Virus record (IMG/VR): IMGVR_UViG_3300027752_000024
Span: 1-54,150 of that record
Length of the DNA stretch: 54,150 nt
Direction: 5' to 3' (one strand)
DNA from: a virus
Lineage: Duplodnaviria; Caudoviricetes
The notes under the pieces: generated by a model
Seen by the model: only the letters and a program-made list of their open reading frames with translations
Databases searched by the model: none
What the model was told of the DNA's origin: nothing
In this document: in pieces, positions 19,190 to 29,132 of the stretch
How positions within the stretch are numbered: the first letter of the stretch is position 1
Layout: each line of letters opens with the position of its first letter
Program-made: the position numbers and the translations under genes

Positions 19190-20505
19190 ATCTTTTCTCC
19201 GGGCTCAAAGCCTCGGAATGTTTTAAAGCGTGGAAAACGTAGACTGTATGTACCGTCTTGATTCTGTGTTACAGCATCTGCCCTAACTTCAACAAGATGA
19301 CCAATAAGAGCAGCCCGAGTGTGCCAAAAAGTGGATCGCTGCTCATCCGTAAAACCACTGCCAACGTTGACACGTATATCCTTGCCATCGTCCTTCCCAC
19401 TGCATACCACAGCCCCAAGTCTTCCTTCATTGCGTCCAGTTCCTTCTTCTACATCTATAATATTTAATGTTACTTCAATAAATGGTTTTGCTTTAAGCCA
19501 AGCGTGGCTACGTTTGCACTCGTATGGCGCAGTTACGTCCTTGATCATTACGCCTTCGTATCCACCGGCTACAGCAGCAGCGTTGATGTCTTTAAAGCGT
19601 TGTTCGCCTTCGGGTGTATCCAAGTCAACATCCTCCCACTCACACGCTACAACGTGCTCTAAGAGGTCTGTGTTCTCCTTTACCCAGTACTTGACATAGT
19701 TACTGCGAGTTGTTTGATCTTTGTCCCAGCTGCCAGCTAGGAAGTTTTCTAATGGAATAAAGTCAAACAAGTGCAGTACTGCGTCAGTTGCTTTCTTGCC
19801 ATCCTTGCGTTGCAGTTGCTTCATAAGATCTTGGAAGTCTGCACTCATTACTTCGCCGTCTAGTACACAGTCATATGGCGCAGGCTTTGCTGCTAGTACT
19901 GCTTCGATCTCTGCAACAATGTGCGGAAAGTTATGAAACTGTTTTCCGTTACGACTAAACAGGTCTACCTTACCTGCACGACATACTGCTAGTACACGTA
20001 CTCCGTCTAGCTTAACTTCAATCTGCTTTACACCTGTCATCTTCTTTTCGTGATTGGCACTATCGTGTGCAAGCTGGCAAGTAAATACTGGAACTGCATA
20101 TTGCGGAAACTGTTTAGCTACTTTATTAACAGTAGTTTCGCTCATTCCGCAGCGCAAGTCTTTGATTAAGATGCGGCGATAAAAGCCATTCCACTGCTCA
20201 GTAGTAGCAACACTCATTGCTAGTTCAATAGCATCACGAGCAGCATGTCCTGTAAGCTCACGGTTAATCAGTTGATCGGCTAGTACTTTAAAATTGTCCC
20301 AGCTAAGTCCTTGTCCGGTAAGTACGTCTGATCGCTCTGGAACTTTCTTAACACCGAATGTTACAAGTGCATCGAGTGCCATACGCACGCCTTCAAAAAA
20401 CTCGTCTAGTCCTTCTTGCATTGCTTCTAGTAGAATTGCTTCTTTGGCAAGACGACTGTTGTCTGCCTCTAAACGTTCGATAATATCTTGTGGCTGTGTT
20501 CGCAT
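19186..20505 (-). CDS. ATP-dependent DNA ligase
   Basis: EVKLDGVR (KxDG), LDGE, LFD, EGVMIK, WLKAK, VGSGF and SLRFPRF motifs. Confidence 0.95.
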   Translation of the reverse strand: MRTQPQDIIERLEADNSRLAKEAILLEAMQEGLDEFFEGVRMALDALVTFGVKKVPERSDVLTGQGLSWDNFKVLADQLINRELTGHAARDAIELAMSVATTEQWNGFYRRILIKDLRCGMSETTVNKVAKQFPQYAVPVFTCQLAHDSANHEKKMTGVKQIEVKLDGVRVLAVCRAGKVDLFSRNGKQFHNFPHIVAEIEAVLAAKPAPYDCVLDGEVMSADFQDLMKQLQRKDGKKATDAVLHLFDFIPLENFLAGSWDKDQTTRSNYVKYWVKENTDLLEHVVACEWEDVDLDTPEGEQRFKDINAAAVAGGYEGVMIKDVTAPYECKRSHAWLKAKPFIEVTLNIIDVEEGTGRNEGRLGAVVCSGKDDGKDIRVNVGSGFTDEQRSTFWHTRAALIGHLVEVRADAVTQNQDGTYSLRFPRFKTFRGFEPGEKI

Positions 20506-20666
20506 AACTGCTCCGGTTCCATTCCTAGTGATTCATGAAAGTCAAATACTTTGTACCCTTTTAACATATACATTGTAGCACACTTAGGCGTACAGAGCAA
20601 GATCTTATTGTACGTTTGCTCGCCTTGTACCCATTTTTCTATACTATATAATCTGTGTTCTACCAT
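20469..20666 (-). CDS. Hypothetical protein
   Basis: 65-aa ORF filling the gap, overlapping both neighbours. Confidence 0.4.
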   Translation of the reverse strand: MVEHRLYSIEKWVQGEQTYNKILLCTPKCATMYMLKGYKVFDFHESLGMEPEQLCEHSHKILSNV

Positions 20667-21424
20667 TTGCCTTCAAAACTTTCCTTGGATAACTTAACTC
20701 GATCAAACTTGTCATCAAGCAAGTATACTGTACTTGTTTGTTGTTTGTTGTACAATAGTTGTAACTTTAAAAATATTTGGTTATGTTGACTTGTACTTAA
20801 ATGGCCGCTCCGCACATCGTTTTCTAATGTAATACTACTTTCCGGATCATTGAAACTAAAATAAGACAGCGTAGGATACATTGTTGTTCCACTTTTAAAA
20901 ATATGTCCAATGTATTGATCTTCCTTACTGCTAAGATTTGCATATTTGTTGTTGTATAGCCCTGGAAAACAATAAAAGTGCCAAAACAGTCTGTCTGGGA
21001 AGTTGTCTGCAAGATACTCATCAAACCATTGTAATACTCCGGTTAACTGTATATTAGAAAGGTCTTCTCTATAAAAATGAGAATAATATTCTTTGGCTGC
21101 GTGTCTAACTTTTTCAACTAACGGATATGTTGTAAACTTTCTAAACGCTCGACCATCGTTGATTATAGTTGTGTTAATAACAGGAACTTTGTGATGATAT
21201 ATTCTACTAGCTTCGCTCCAACATGTTATCATCATGTCAAACTTGCCACCATTGTTTAAATATTCAAAAAACTGTTCAACAACATATATAGGCCCTGCGC
21301 CGTCTTTTGCTAACATAACTACTTCTAAGTTAAACTTATCTGCAAGTTGTCCTATCCATGTTGTTTTATGAGTGTGGGCATAACTGTCCCCTAACACTAG
21401 TAATATTTTTTTATCTAGTCCCAT
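20660..21424 (-). CDS. Hypothetical protein, SGNH/GDSL hydrolase-like
   Basis: N-terminal LVLGDSYA and C-terminal GHLS..QH. Confidence 0.55.
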   Translation of the reverse strand: MGLDKKILLVLGDSYAHTHKTTWIGQLADKFNLEVVMLAKDGAGPIYVVEQFFEYLNNGGKFDMMITCWSEASRIYHHKVPVINTTIINDGRAFRKFTTYPLVEKVRHAAKEYYSHFYREDLSNIQLTGVLQWFDEYLADNFPDRLFWHFYCFPGLYNNKYANLSSKEDQYIGHIFKSGTTMYPTLSYFSFNDPESSITLENDVRSGHLSTSQHNQIFLKLQLLYNKQQTSTVYLLDDKFDRVKLSKESFEGKW

Positions 21425-22041
21425 AGGTTTTCAAAATATTTTCCAAACAGTTTAAATCCGTTTGTCATTCGTTCCTGATGTGCGTTCATGCCATCACGGT
21501 CAATCCATTCAAAACTACCAGCCATCGGCCCATTCTTTTGATCTTCAACATAGTCGCCATAATAATCATCTTGCCAATCATCACGACACTTTTGTTCAAA
21601 CGCCCAGATCATTTCATCCATGACCCAGTCCCAACGTTCGAAGTGCTTAGGATCTACATCGCCGGCGTTTGCATACTTGTTCTGTTGTGCTTTGGTAGCA
21701 CGTAATTCTTTTGGTGCATCTTCCATGTCAACCCAGGGAGCACCGTGTTTAGTAGCTTTTAGTTGTACAAGCATAGGCAAGATAATAGGAGCAAGAGTAG
21801 AGTCCATACTCCAAGTATCCCAACGATCAATCTTTACCTTAACTTTTTGTGTACGTCTGTCAAACCAAATCCAGTTGAATACATCATACACCCTTTGTAC
21901 ACCGTCTTCAATAACTTCTATCACATGATCTTCATAATCTTGATTGTCTGGCCAATCAACAATGCCGTACTTTTTATTCATATGGTTACTGTGTATATTG
22001 CAAATTAATCTATTAGGATATCCGCCAATCTTGACTTTCAT
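21415..22041 (-). CDS. Hypothetical phage protein
   Basis: Trp/Asp-rich ORF. ATGA coupling with the upstream gene supports a start at 22041. Confidence 0.65.
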   Translation of the reverse strand: MKVKIGGYPNRLICNIHSNHMNKKYGIVDWPDNQDYEDHVIEVIEDGVQRVYDVFNWIWFDRRTQKVKVKIDRWDTWSMDSTLAPIILPMLVQLKATKHGAPWVDMEDAPKELRATKAQQNKYANAGDVDPKHFERWDWVMDEMIWAFEQKCRDDWQDDYYGDYVEDQKNGPMAGSFEWIDRDGMNAHQERMTNGFKLFGKYFENLWD

Positions 22042-22364
22042 GTGATAATCCAATCCATATTCATCCAGTCTGTATCTTCTGGCATCATCTCAACTTTGTC
22101 GCCGTGCAGTTCTTGCATTCGTGCCCAGATATGGGCATTGTTCATTCTCAGCGTGTAAGAGCCTTTACCACAACGATATGTGCTACCACTAGAACCAGAG
22201 AAATAATAAGCCCCTTCGCTCTCTTCCACCTTTGTAATGCCACTGTTCATACGCCAACTGTCGCCATCTAAGTAACCGCCAGATGTTCCAACAAGAAGAC
22301 GATAGTGAGGATCATCGCCTTTCATCTTGATAACTACCCAGTTGTCGCAAGTATATTCAAACAT
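22038..22364 (-). CDS. Hypothetical phage protein
   Basis: DNWVVIK..GGYLDGDSWRMNSGI..GSSGSTY.C, a motif I recognise from large myophage hypotheticals. Confidence 0.7.
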   Translation of the reverse strand: MFEYTCDNWVVIKMKGDDPHYRLLVGTSGGYLDGDSWRMNSGITKVEESEGAYYFSGSSGSTYRCGKGSYTLRMNNAHIWARMQELHGDKVEMMPEDTDWMNMDWIIT

Positions 22365-22521
22365 TTTGTTTATCCTTTAAGAATAACTTTAGTGTTTGGC
22401 CGTCATCTTGGATACTAATTTGCACACCTGTTACATCGTGCTTAACAAGTTCTCGACCGTGGGTGCCAATTACTTCTACTCGGGTAATTCGGCTATACGG
22501 AATTAAATCAGTTTCATTCAT
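22357..22521 (-). CDS. Small hypothetical protein (54 aa)
   Basis: Manual translation MNETDLIPYSRITRVEVIGTHGRELVKHDVTGVQISIQDDGQTLKLFLKDKQNV. Fills the gap and overlaps both neighbours. Confidence 0.6.
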   Translation of the reverse strand: MNETDLIPYSRITRVEVIGTHGRELVKHDVTGVQISIQDDGQTLKLFLKDKQNV

Positions 22522-22714
22522 AGTCTTTCACCCCATGTTTCTCAATGTCTTTCAACATAGTTTCTAGCATCCACTTGATGTCTTCTTTGTCCTCACTCTT
22601 GATATTTACGGGTTCTACAGTGTAGGTACCTGACCTGTAGTAGTTCTTATGCACTCCATACCAGACTTTGTCATTAGGCTCCGTGTGCCGTATTAGTTGA
22701 TAGTGCCAACTCAT
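22514..22714 (-). CDS. Hypothetical protein
   Basis: ORF with ATGA coupling. Confidence 0.55.
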   Translation of the reverse strand: MSWHYQLIRHTEPNDKVWYGVHKNYYRSGTYTVEPVNIKSEDKEDIKWMLETMLKDIEKHGVKDYE

Positions 22715-22893
22715 TCTAAGTCTTCCTCAATCCATTTTATTTTTGCAATAGTGTATTCGTCGACGCCCCATTTTTCAGGAGCACCGTATTTTACAATAGT
22801 TTTAGCAAGTGCTTCACTTTCTTCTTTAGCATATTCATAGCCTAGGAAGTTTGTATCTGCGCTTACCATCCATGTGCGTTCATATGCAAACAT
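22711..22893 (-). CDS. Hypothetical protein
   Basis: ORF coupled to the upstream gene (TAATG), with GAGG RBS. Confidence 0.55.
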   Translation of the reverse strand: MFAYERTWMVSADTNFLGYEYAKEESEALAKTIVKYGAPEKWGVDEYTIAKIKWIEEDLE

Positions 22894-23417
22894 TAGTTAG
22901 TCCTCAATTCTTCGATGTTAACAGGTGTGTAGTTTGTTTGCTCGACGCACACACAACGATACGGTCCTTCTGGACTTGGGTTCTGGTGTATGTGACCGTG
23001 AACGTTCACCATACTACCTTCACCAAACCTGTGACTCTCCTTTAGTGTACTCTGGTGTACAGGAACGTGTGTTAGTAGTAACCCAAACTCACTAAAGTCT
23101 CTCCACATACTTACCTTTTGGAAGTGTGGAGCAAGTACTTTGATGTTGTCGTGGTTGCCAACAACCAAACGCTTCTTGCCATTGAGTCTCTTGAAGTTAT
23201 CGTTTAGCCACTTGTCTTTATCAAGTCCAAACAGTACGTCACCCAAGTGGTAGACTTTGTCTTGAGGTTTAACAACACTGTTCCAGTTTGCAATCATGGT
23301 TTCATCCATGTCTTCAACATCAGCAAAGTCTCTACAAGGCTTACCCACTTTATCCTCAAACTTCAAGATATTATCGTGGTTAAAGTGTGTGTCGCTTATT
23401 ACCCAGATATCTGCCAT
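22893..23417 (-). CDS. Calcineurin-like metallophosphoesterase
   Basis: SDTHFNH, HLGD, GNHD, THVP and HGHIH motifs. Confidence 0.9.
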   Translation of the reverse strand: MADIWVISDTHFNHDNILKFEDKVGKPCRDFADVEDMDETMIANWNSVVKPQDKVYHLGDVLFGLDKDKWLNDNFKRLNGKKRLVVGNHDNIKVLAPHFQKVSMWRDFSEFGLLLTHVPVHQSTLKESHRFGEGSMVNVHGHIHQNPSPEGPYRCVCVEQTNYTPVNIEELRTN

Positions 23418-23444
23418 GATGCACCTCTATATGTGTTATAACTC

Positions 23445-23472
23445 AGTATAACATACTAGCTGTTGTTGTCAA
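23445..23472 (-). promoter_or_regulatory. Sigma70-like promoter
   Basis: TTGACA-N16-TATACT. Confidence 0.6.
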
Positions 23473-23473
23473 C

Positions 23474-24811
23474 CTAGAAGTAGTCTTTGATCCACGGTAT
23501 ATAATCGTGAATATCAATCTTTCTAAACTTGTCACTGGCATTAGTATTGTCTATAAAGTGTTGCCAGTGTGTTTCGTTTTGTGGTTGATTGAGAACATTT
23601 TTTAAGTTAATAATATTATCAACTGCCCATTGTTCCCAGTCTCGTAAATCTGCATTTTTAAACTTCAAGTGTTGTTCTTCAAGCATTGTATTCATTAATG
23701 CTTTACGGTCGTCTGGTAGATTACATATGTGCAAGTGTTGTGGATGATCTACAATATTAAAATGTGGCAAACAATTCTGATATCCGTGTACACCCCAATC
23801 CCATTCGTAGTTCCAACTAGTATACTGGTCTTGACACCATTGTAAAATATTAGGTAAATCGTGTAGATTCATCAAACTAAGTGTAACATGCGTGTGTACT
23901 TTAACACCAGTACGAGTTTTACTAAACTCAGCGAGCTTAAACATATTTTTTTCAATAACACGCCATTTGGTAGGAAATCTAACATAATGTGCAAGGTCGC
24001 CAATTGCGTCAATACTTAAACTAAGTACAACACCTTTAAACTTATCCCAAATCTTTAACAGCCTGTCTGGTATAGTAGTAGCATTTGTGTTGTAGTGCAG
24101 TTCTATATGTTTGCTCCAACCCTGATCAATGATGTGTTCTAACCAAGCGTAGTGTTCTTCAACAACCAGCGGCTCTCCACCAATAAAGTTAATAACTCTT
24201 ACATTTGGCAATACTTCATCAAAGAACCCTTCTTCAAATGCTTTAATAAACCAAGGCTTATCACTGCTCATTTTAGCAATCATATATGCTGTTTCGTCCC
24301 AATCAGTATGAGGTACTGTTGGGCCTTCTTCAATCCATCTATGACTTGCCCATGGGTTACAACTGCGGCATTTTAAGTTACAAATATTTCCTAAGCTGAT
24401 ATCTAAATATGTAACAGCTTGTGGATCTAAGCGTCCGTCATCATCAACATGCTTTAAAGTTGTATCAGTGTGATCTTCGTATATCTCATTCCATGTTTGT
24501 CTGAAACTACGGATGCCTTGATCCTCTAATTCAAAACAACCTTTACAACCTTTGGGTATTTCATTGTTGAGTAGTTTTTTACGTATTTCCATAGCTGTTG
24601 GATCATTTATAAAATCACCAATGTCAGGACTATTCCAGTTGTTGTGTTCTTTCCAATAAGGAACAGAATCTACATCAACTCCTGGCATGTAACTGTTAGT
24701 TTCAATACGACTAAAACAACAAGGACGAGTGCGTCCATGTGAATGTGTGCTGTAACCTTGCATACTAAGGTAACAAAAGTTTTTTGGCAGGTTATCTGAT
24801 TTTGTTTGCAT
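23474..24811 (-). CDS. Radical SAM protein with N-terminal twitch/SPASM-like domain
   Basis: N-terminal C..PCC..CKGC, then CNLKCRSC (CxxxCxxC), GGEP, YNTN and SIDA. Start moved to MQTK. Confidence 0.9.
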   Translation of the reverse strand: MQTKSDNLPKNFCYLSMQGYSTHSHGRTRPCCFSRIETNSYMPGVDVDSVPYWKEHNNWNSPDIGDFINDPTAMEIRKKLLNNEIPKGCKGCFELEDQGIRSFRQTWNEIYEDHTDTTLKHVDDDGRLDPQAVTYLDISLGNICNLKCRSCNPWASHRWIEEGPTVPHTDWDETAYMIAKMSSDKPWFIKAFEEGFFDEVLPNVRVINFIGGEPLVVEEHYAWLEHIIDQGWSKHIELHYNTNATTIPDRLLKIWDKFKGVVLSLSIDAIGDLAHYVRFPTKWRVIEKNMFKLAEFSKTRTGVKVHTHVTLSLMNLHDLPNILQWCQDQYTSWNYEWDWGVHGYQNCLPHFNIVDHPQHLHICNLPDDRKALMNTMLEEQHLKFKNADLRDWEQWAVDNIINLKNVLNQPQNETHWQHFIDNTNASDKFRKIDIHDYIPWIKDYF

Positions 24812-25784
24812 ATTCTGGCCTTGCTTTGCTGATATTAAAGTCTGCTGCACAATGACAATGTGTCTTAGGACACCAAACACCTTCGCTCATTGTAGTATTA
24901 AACTCGCCTTGTACAATATTGCCCAACAGTGGGCCAACGCCACAACTGGCTTGTTGAATACGTCCATTAGGATGAATGTGTAAACTTTCGTGTATATTGC
25001 ACAACCAGCCCTTAAAGAAGTTCTTACCGTTTGTAATGATACCGTTTGTATCAATAGCTTCTATGGTGTCATCTTCATACTGTACTTTTGCCCAAGCATA
25101 ACTTGGATCTTTTTTAATAGGAATACTCTGTTGCTGCACTGTACTATTTGTTTTAAAGAAATCCATTTTCCATTGTTCTTCATAATGATACGGATCTGTG
25201 CTAGGACGTAGCTCGTCATAAACCGGTGCATACTCAATCATATAGTTGTCGCACTCATTTTTTATTCTGTCGCCAAATGCCATGCACTGTTCAAAATGAT
25301 CGTGATGCATCATAATACGACTACACAAATAGTTTTTCTTATCTTGCAAGAACTTGTAAACATCCATGTACTTGTCGTCTTTGCTCCATTCTGCGTGATA
25401 GCTGGCAACAACATCTTCAAACAAGTGATGATGATCCTTCCACCAGCTTAGTGGCTTACTAAAGTTGGTGTTGATACCTACACAACTGCCAGGCCATTCT
25501 GCATGTTCTCTAAACTTTTCTACAACAGGAATAAGTCCTTTCCAAAATGTAGGTTCGCCGCCGCTGAGGTACAGTTTAAAATATTTGTAGCCTTTGGCCT
25601 TGTAATGAAGCATGATACGTTCTAATGTGTTAACAATAGTATCTATGTCAGTGTCGTTTTTGTTACGGCCTGCCCAGTTCCATTCACTACAATATGTACA
25701 GCGAAAGTTACACCAATCATTTACTTGCCACACAATACTGACCCATTTGTCCTTTGCTGGCAGGATTGCTTTTATATCTTGCAT
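24792..25784 (-). CDS. Radical SAM protein with C-terminal Cys-rich (SPASM-like) domain
   Basis: CNFRCTYC, SGGEP, INTN. C-terminal GWLC..SC..CPKTHCHCAAD. Confidence 0.9.
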   Translation of the reverse strand: MQDIKAILPAKDKWVSIVWQVNDWCNFRCTYCSEWNWAGRNKNDTDIDTIVNTLERIMLHYKAKGYKYFKLYLSGGEPTFWKGLIPVVEKFREHAEWPGSCVGINTNFSKPLSWWKDHHHLFEDVVASYHAEWSKDDKYMDVYKFLQDKKNYLCSRIMMHHDHFEQCMAFGDRIKNECDNYMIEYAPVYDELRPSTDPYHYEEQWKMDFFKTNSTVQQQSIPIKKDPSYAWAKVQYEDDTIEAIDTNGIITNGKNFFKGWLCNIHESLHIHPNGRIQQASCGVGPLLGNIVQGEFNTTMSEGVWCPKTHCHCAADFNISKARPEYANKIR

Positions 25785-26980
25785 TCGTTTTCCAATATGT
25801 AATCTAATGTTGGGAATATATCACCAAACTTGTATTTGCGATATCTATCGTTAATACTAATAAACTGCTTCATCCGTGTTATGTTCTCTTCAGAATATTT
25901 ATTAGTATTCTGTGTGTAGTTAATGATTCGCGAAACTGCATCGTTGTGTAGTTTGCTGTTTATTATTTTTAAGTTGTCTATTACTTTGTGTCGTATTTCT
26001 TTGGGCCATACACAACTATGAATTTGGTCAGGGTGTTCTAAGAATATAGGTACAAAGTCTATACGCCGTGTTTGTGTGTCTTCTAGCCAACGTATCAGTG
26101 GAGCAACATCAAATACATTCCATGCCTGGTATACAAAGTAAATCTTTAGTTGTACTTTTTCAGGTAGACGCTGTGCTTTTGCAAAGTTTTCTTCTACTTT
26201 TTTCCAATCAGTTGGATAACGTATGTATTGGTTGTGTTCGCCAAATCCGTCAATGCTCATCTGTATTTCACTTGCATCAAAGAAGTCTAGTTTATCGTAA
26301 AACCCTTCTGGCCATGTTGTCATATTAGTGGTCCATGCAACATAGCATTTGTTGTTGCCAGCGGAAACAAGGGCGTCAAGCACGTACTGATTGGCTTGTA
26401 TTAAGGTTGGTTCACCCCCAGTTAGGTAAAGACGCTCTAACGTAGGTGCTACGCAGTCTACGAAGTCTTTAAACTCTTGAGTCTCGTACCATGCCCAATC
26501 GTGTTCCTCTACACTTTTAATCTCGTGTTGCCACTGATCATTTAGCCATTTAGGAACAGTTTCATTTGCAAGGATTTTCTTACGTTCTTTGTAGATATTA
26601 TCACTGCTCACACTCCAGCAACTATTGCATTTTAAGTTACAATGATTGCCCAATCGTAGTTCTAAGTGTGTAGGGTTGCCGTGAGTTACAGATGCATGAT
26701 AGGTTTTGTTGGCCCACTGCCTGCTGCTTTCTAAACCTTTTTCTTCGTGTTCGTAGCAGCGATTACATTCTTTAACTTTGCCACCACCCAGCATCTTTGC
26801 ACGAACATCCAGCATGTATTGCCCGTTCCAAATGTTCCACCAGTCAGTTTTACCTAGTACAGCATCTTTGCCATCTACTTGAATATAGTCTTCACTGTAT
26901 ACATGACAGCATAGTTTACATCTACCATCGGTGTTGGTGTGTACGTTTATAAACGGGTATACGCAATACGAATCACTCAT
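25772..26980 (-). CDS. Radical SAM protein with N-terminal twitch/SPASM-like domain
   Basis: CVYPF..LCC..CNRC, CNLKCNSC, TGGEP, TTN, SIDG. Start moved to MSDSY. Confidence 0.9.
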   Translation of the reverse strand: MSDSYCVYPFINVHTNTDGRCKLCCHVYSEDYIQVDGKDAVLGKTDWWNIWNGQYMLDVRAKMLGGGKVKECNRCYEHEEKGLESSRQWANKTYHASVTHGNPTHLELRLGNHCNLKCNSCWSVSSDNIYKERKKILANETVPKWLNDQWQHEIKSVEEHDWAWYETQEFKDFVDCVAPTLERLYLTGGEPTLIQANQYVLDALVSAGNNKCYVAWTTNMTTWPEGFYDKLDFFDASEIQMSIDGFGEHNQYIRYPTDWKKVEENFAKAQRLPEKVQLKIYFVYQAWNVFDVAPLIRWLEDTQTRRIDFVPIFLEHPDQIHSCVWPKEIRHKVIDNLKIINSKLHNDAVSRIINYTQNTNKYSEENITRMKQFISINDRYRKYKFGDIFPTLDYILENECKI

Positions 26981-29132
26981 TCCATTCTCCATTTCCTTGC
27001 CATGCATATTTAAAGCTAAAGTCTGTATTACGTGTATACAAAAACTCTTGTTCGTGTTCGCGGAACACATCTGGATCGTGAGCATTTGTAGGATCTCTAG
27101 ATGCTTTTTCAGTGCCTTTCCACGCTAACTTACGAGCTCTAATAGCTGCATTACTGTTGTCTCTTGTAAAGTCCATGATACTCCAAACTGGGCTATTACC
27201 GTCTGGACTTACATGTGTAACTCCGTTGTGTTCCCAGTATGTATCATTCCAATCGTTGTATGGATCTTGTTGATAATCCCATTTAAAATCCGCAGTCCAC
27301 ACACCATCATCTGTTATTTCAAATATATAGTCTGCATCCAACGGTGCAGCATTGCGGCCACCCCATTCTTGATATTCCCATTCTTTACGGAACTTTAAAT
27401 GCAACTTATACCCGCCTTTGGTGCGCCATAAAATACGCAAGAATGGCCAAATCTCATTTACTAAACTGTCAGCAAAGTTACTAATGTACGGCTTGATAAT
27501 ATTATAGTTAAAATCATCATAGTCGTACTCAATGTCTAGTTCTTTGTCTGGATTATCAAATGTAACCTCGTAATGAAACTTTGCTAAGTTTGGTCTAGTA
27601 GGTTTAGAACATGCTTTTTCTGTATTCAGCAAATCTGTAAAAATACTAAAGGACTTCATACGAATAAGTTTGTGTACAATACTCATTTTAAAGTCTTTTG
27701 TAATCCAGTGATCGTAATAGTAAAATGGACTTAGGTTAAATTTGTCTAAGTTTTGTCCTACAATAGTATCAACACCAACACTAAATCCTGTACCCTGACT
27801 AATAGCAATAAGTCCTTGATTGCGCACACGATACATAAATGTAAGAGTGTCTTCTAGTTCTTTAGGACCTTCATTGGGATAGCCAACAATCCAGTTGGTC
27901 ATTGCATCAATACCAGCAGCATAGCCATCACGGAAGTTTGCTTCCATTTCTGCCACAGTAACTTTTTTGTCCATTGCATCTAATACAACTTGACTTCCGC
28001 TTTCAATACCGTAGTTGAGTACTTCACAGCCTCCTGCTTTTAAATCCTTGTAATACTCTGCATCCATTCTGCCATCACAACGGCAGTAGCCAGTCCAATG
28101 TATATCCAGTTCTTTTTCTGCAACACCTTTTACAAACCCACGTAGCTCGTTGAGATTGCCATTGACTAAACTGTCAATAAACCAAAACACATTAGTACCA
28201 TGTTCGTAATACATGTGTTCAATCTCATCAAGTGTACTAAGTGCATTACGTTGTCTGTATTTCCAAAAGTGTGTTTCTTCGCAGAACGTACACTTTGCAA
28301 TACAGCCTCTTGATATCTCACACAATGCACCGTTTGGAAACTTGTACTTACTAAAGTCAAAATCACTGTAATCAGGCAACGGTAGTGTACTCAAGTTATA
28401 ACGCTGATTTTCAGGTTGTCTAATAATCTTACTTACAGCATTTTCTGTGTACTCGATGGATTTGTTATTTTCAATGTTTTCTAGTGCAAGCAACAACGGC
28501 TGTTCGCCTTCGCCGTTTACTACATAATCAAATAGGTCGCAGCCTTTGTAAAAACTAGCATGAGTACTCGGTCCTCCAACAATAATAGTCACAGTTGGCA
28601 AACGTTTTTTTAACTCTGCTGCCATATACTTTGTTGGTACTTCGTTGCAGTAGTACAATGTAAATCCAATCACATCAGGATTAAATGCAACAATCTCATC
28701 TAGCTTTTCATCCAGTAATGGTCTTAGATGAGGATGGATATCATCATAGTAGTTGTCTTCTAACCAATGCCAGTCACGTAGACTATCCCATGGATTAAAC
28801 TCTATAGGCCACTGCTCATCGTTGAATCGGCTGTATGCATCCACATTAATGTCAAAACTCTTACATGCATATCCTGCACGTTTTACAGCACTAGCAAGTT
28901 TTGCTGTGTTGTAAGGTGGAAAGTTAGGATCCCACTCTGGTAGTAATCCTAAACATACACGAGTCTTACGATTAACACTGTATTCAATCTCAAGATTGTC
29001 TAGTCCTTTTTGTACTGGTTTGCTATACTTTGCAATAACAGCTAATGTAGCTGTGTGCTTGTCTTCAGCAAGTGTGCCTGTAGGACGTTCCGGTGCTTGT
29101 CTATCTGGATCTGTATTTTCATAAAATCCCAT
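26973..29132 (-). CDS. Cobalamin-binding radical SAM protein (class B methyltransferase-like)
   Basis: N-terminal B12-binding features (PDVIGFT, IIVGGP, GEGE), then SRGCIAKCTFC, GIESGSQVVL..M.K and IVGYPNE. Confidence 0.9.
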   Translation of the reverse strand: MGFYENTDPDRQAPERPTGTLAEDKHTATLAVIAKYSKPVQKGLDNLEIEYSVNRKTRVCLGLLPEWDPNFPPYNTAKLASAVKRAGYACKSFDINVDAYSRFNDEQWPIEFNPWDSLRDWHWLEDNYYDDIHPHLRPLLDEKLDEIVAFNPDVIGFTLYYCNEVPTKYMAAELKKRLPTVTIIVGGPSTHASFYKGCDLFDYVVNGEGEQPLLLALENIENNKSIEYTENAVSKIIRQPENQRYNLSTLPLPDYSDFDFSKYKFPNGALCEISRGCIAKCTFCEETHFWKYRQRNALSTLDEIEHMYYEHGTNVFWFIDSLVNGNLNELRGFVKGVAEKELDIHWTGYCRCDGRMDAEYYKDLKAGGCEVLNYGIESGSQVVLDAMDKKVTVAEMEANFRDGYAAGIDAMTNWIVGYPNEGPKELEDTLTFMYRVRNQGLIAISQGTGFSVGVDTIVGQNLDKFNLSPFYYYDHWITKDFKMSIVHKLIRMKSFSIFTDLLNTEKACSKPTRPNLAKFHYEVTFDNPDKELDIEYDYDDFNYNIIKPYISNFADSLVNEIWPFLRILWRTKGGYKLHLKFRKEWEYQEWGGRNAAPLDADYIFEITDDGVWTADFKWDYQQDPYNDWNDTYWEHNGVTHVSPDGNSPVWSIMDFTRDNSNAAIRARKLAWKGTEKASRDPTNAHDPDVFREHEQEFLYTRNTDFSFKYAWQGNGEWNE

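Noticed and set aside
22357-22893. Small ORFs near the radical SAM operon as RiPP precursor peptides
   Set aside because: They lie under a separate promoter behind the phosphoesterase, and show no leader/core pattern or repeated motif.
24792-25784. Calling a radical SAM gene queE to complete the QueD pathway
   Set aside because: These proteins are longer than QueE, carry extra Cys-rich domains and lack the QueE N-terminal S.QGEG motif.
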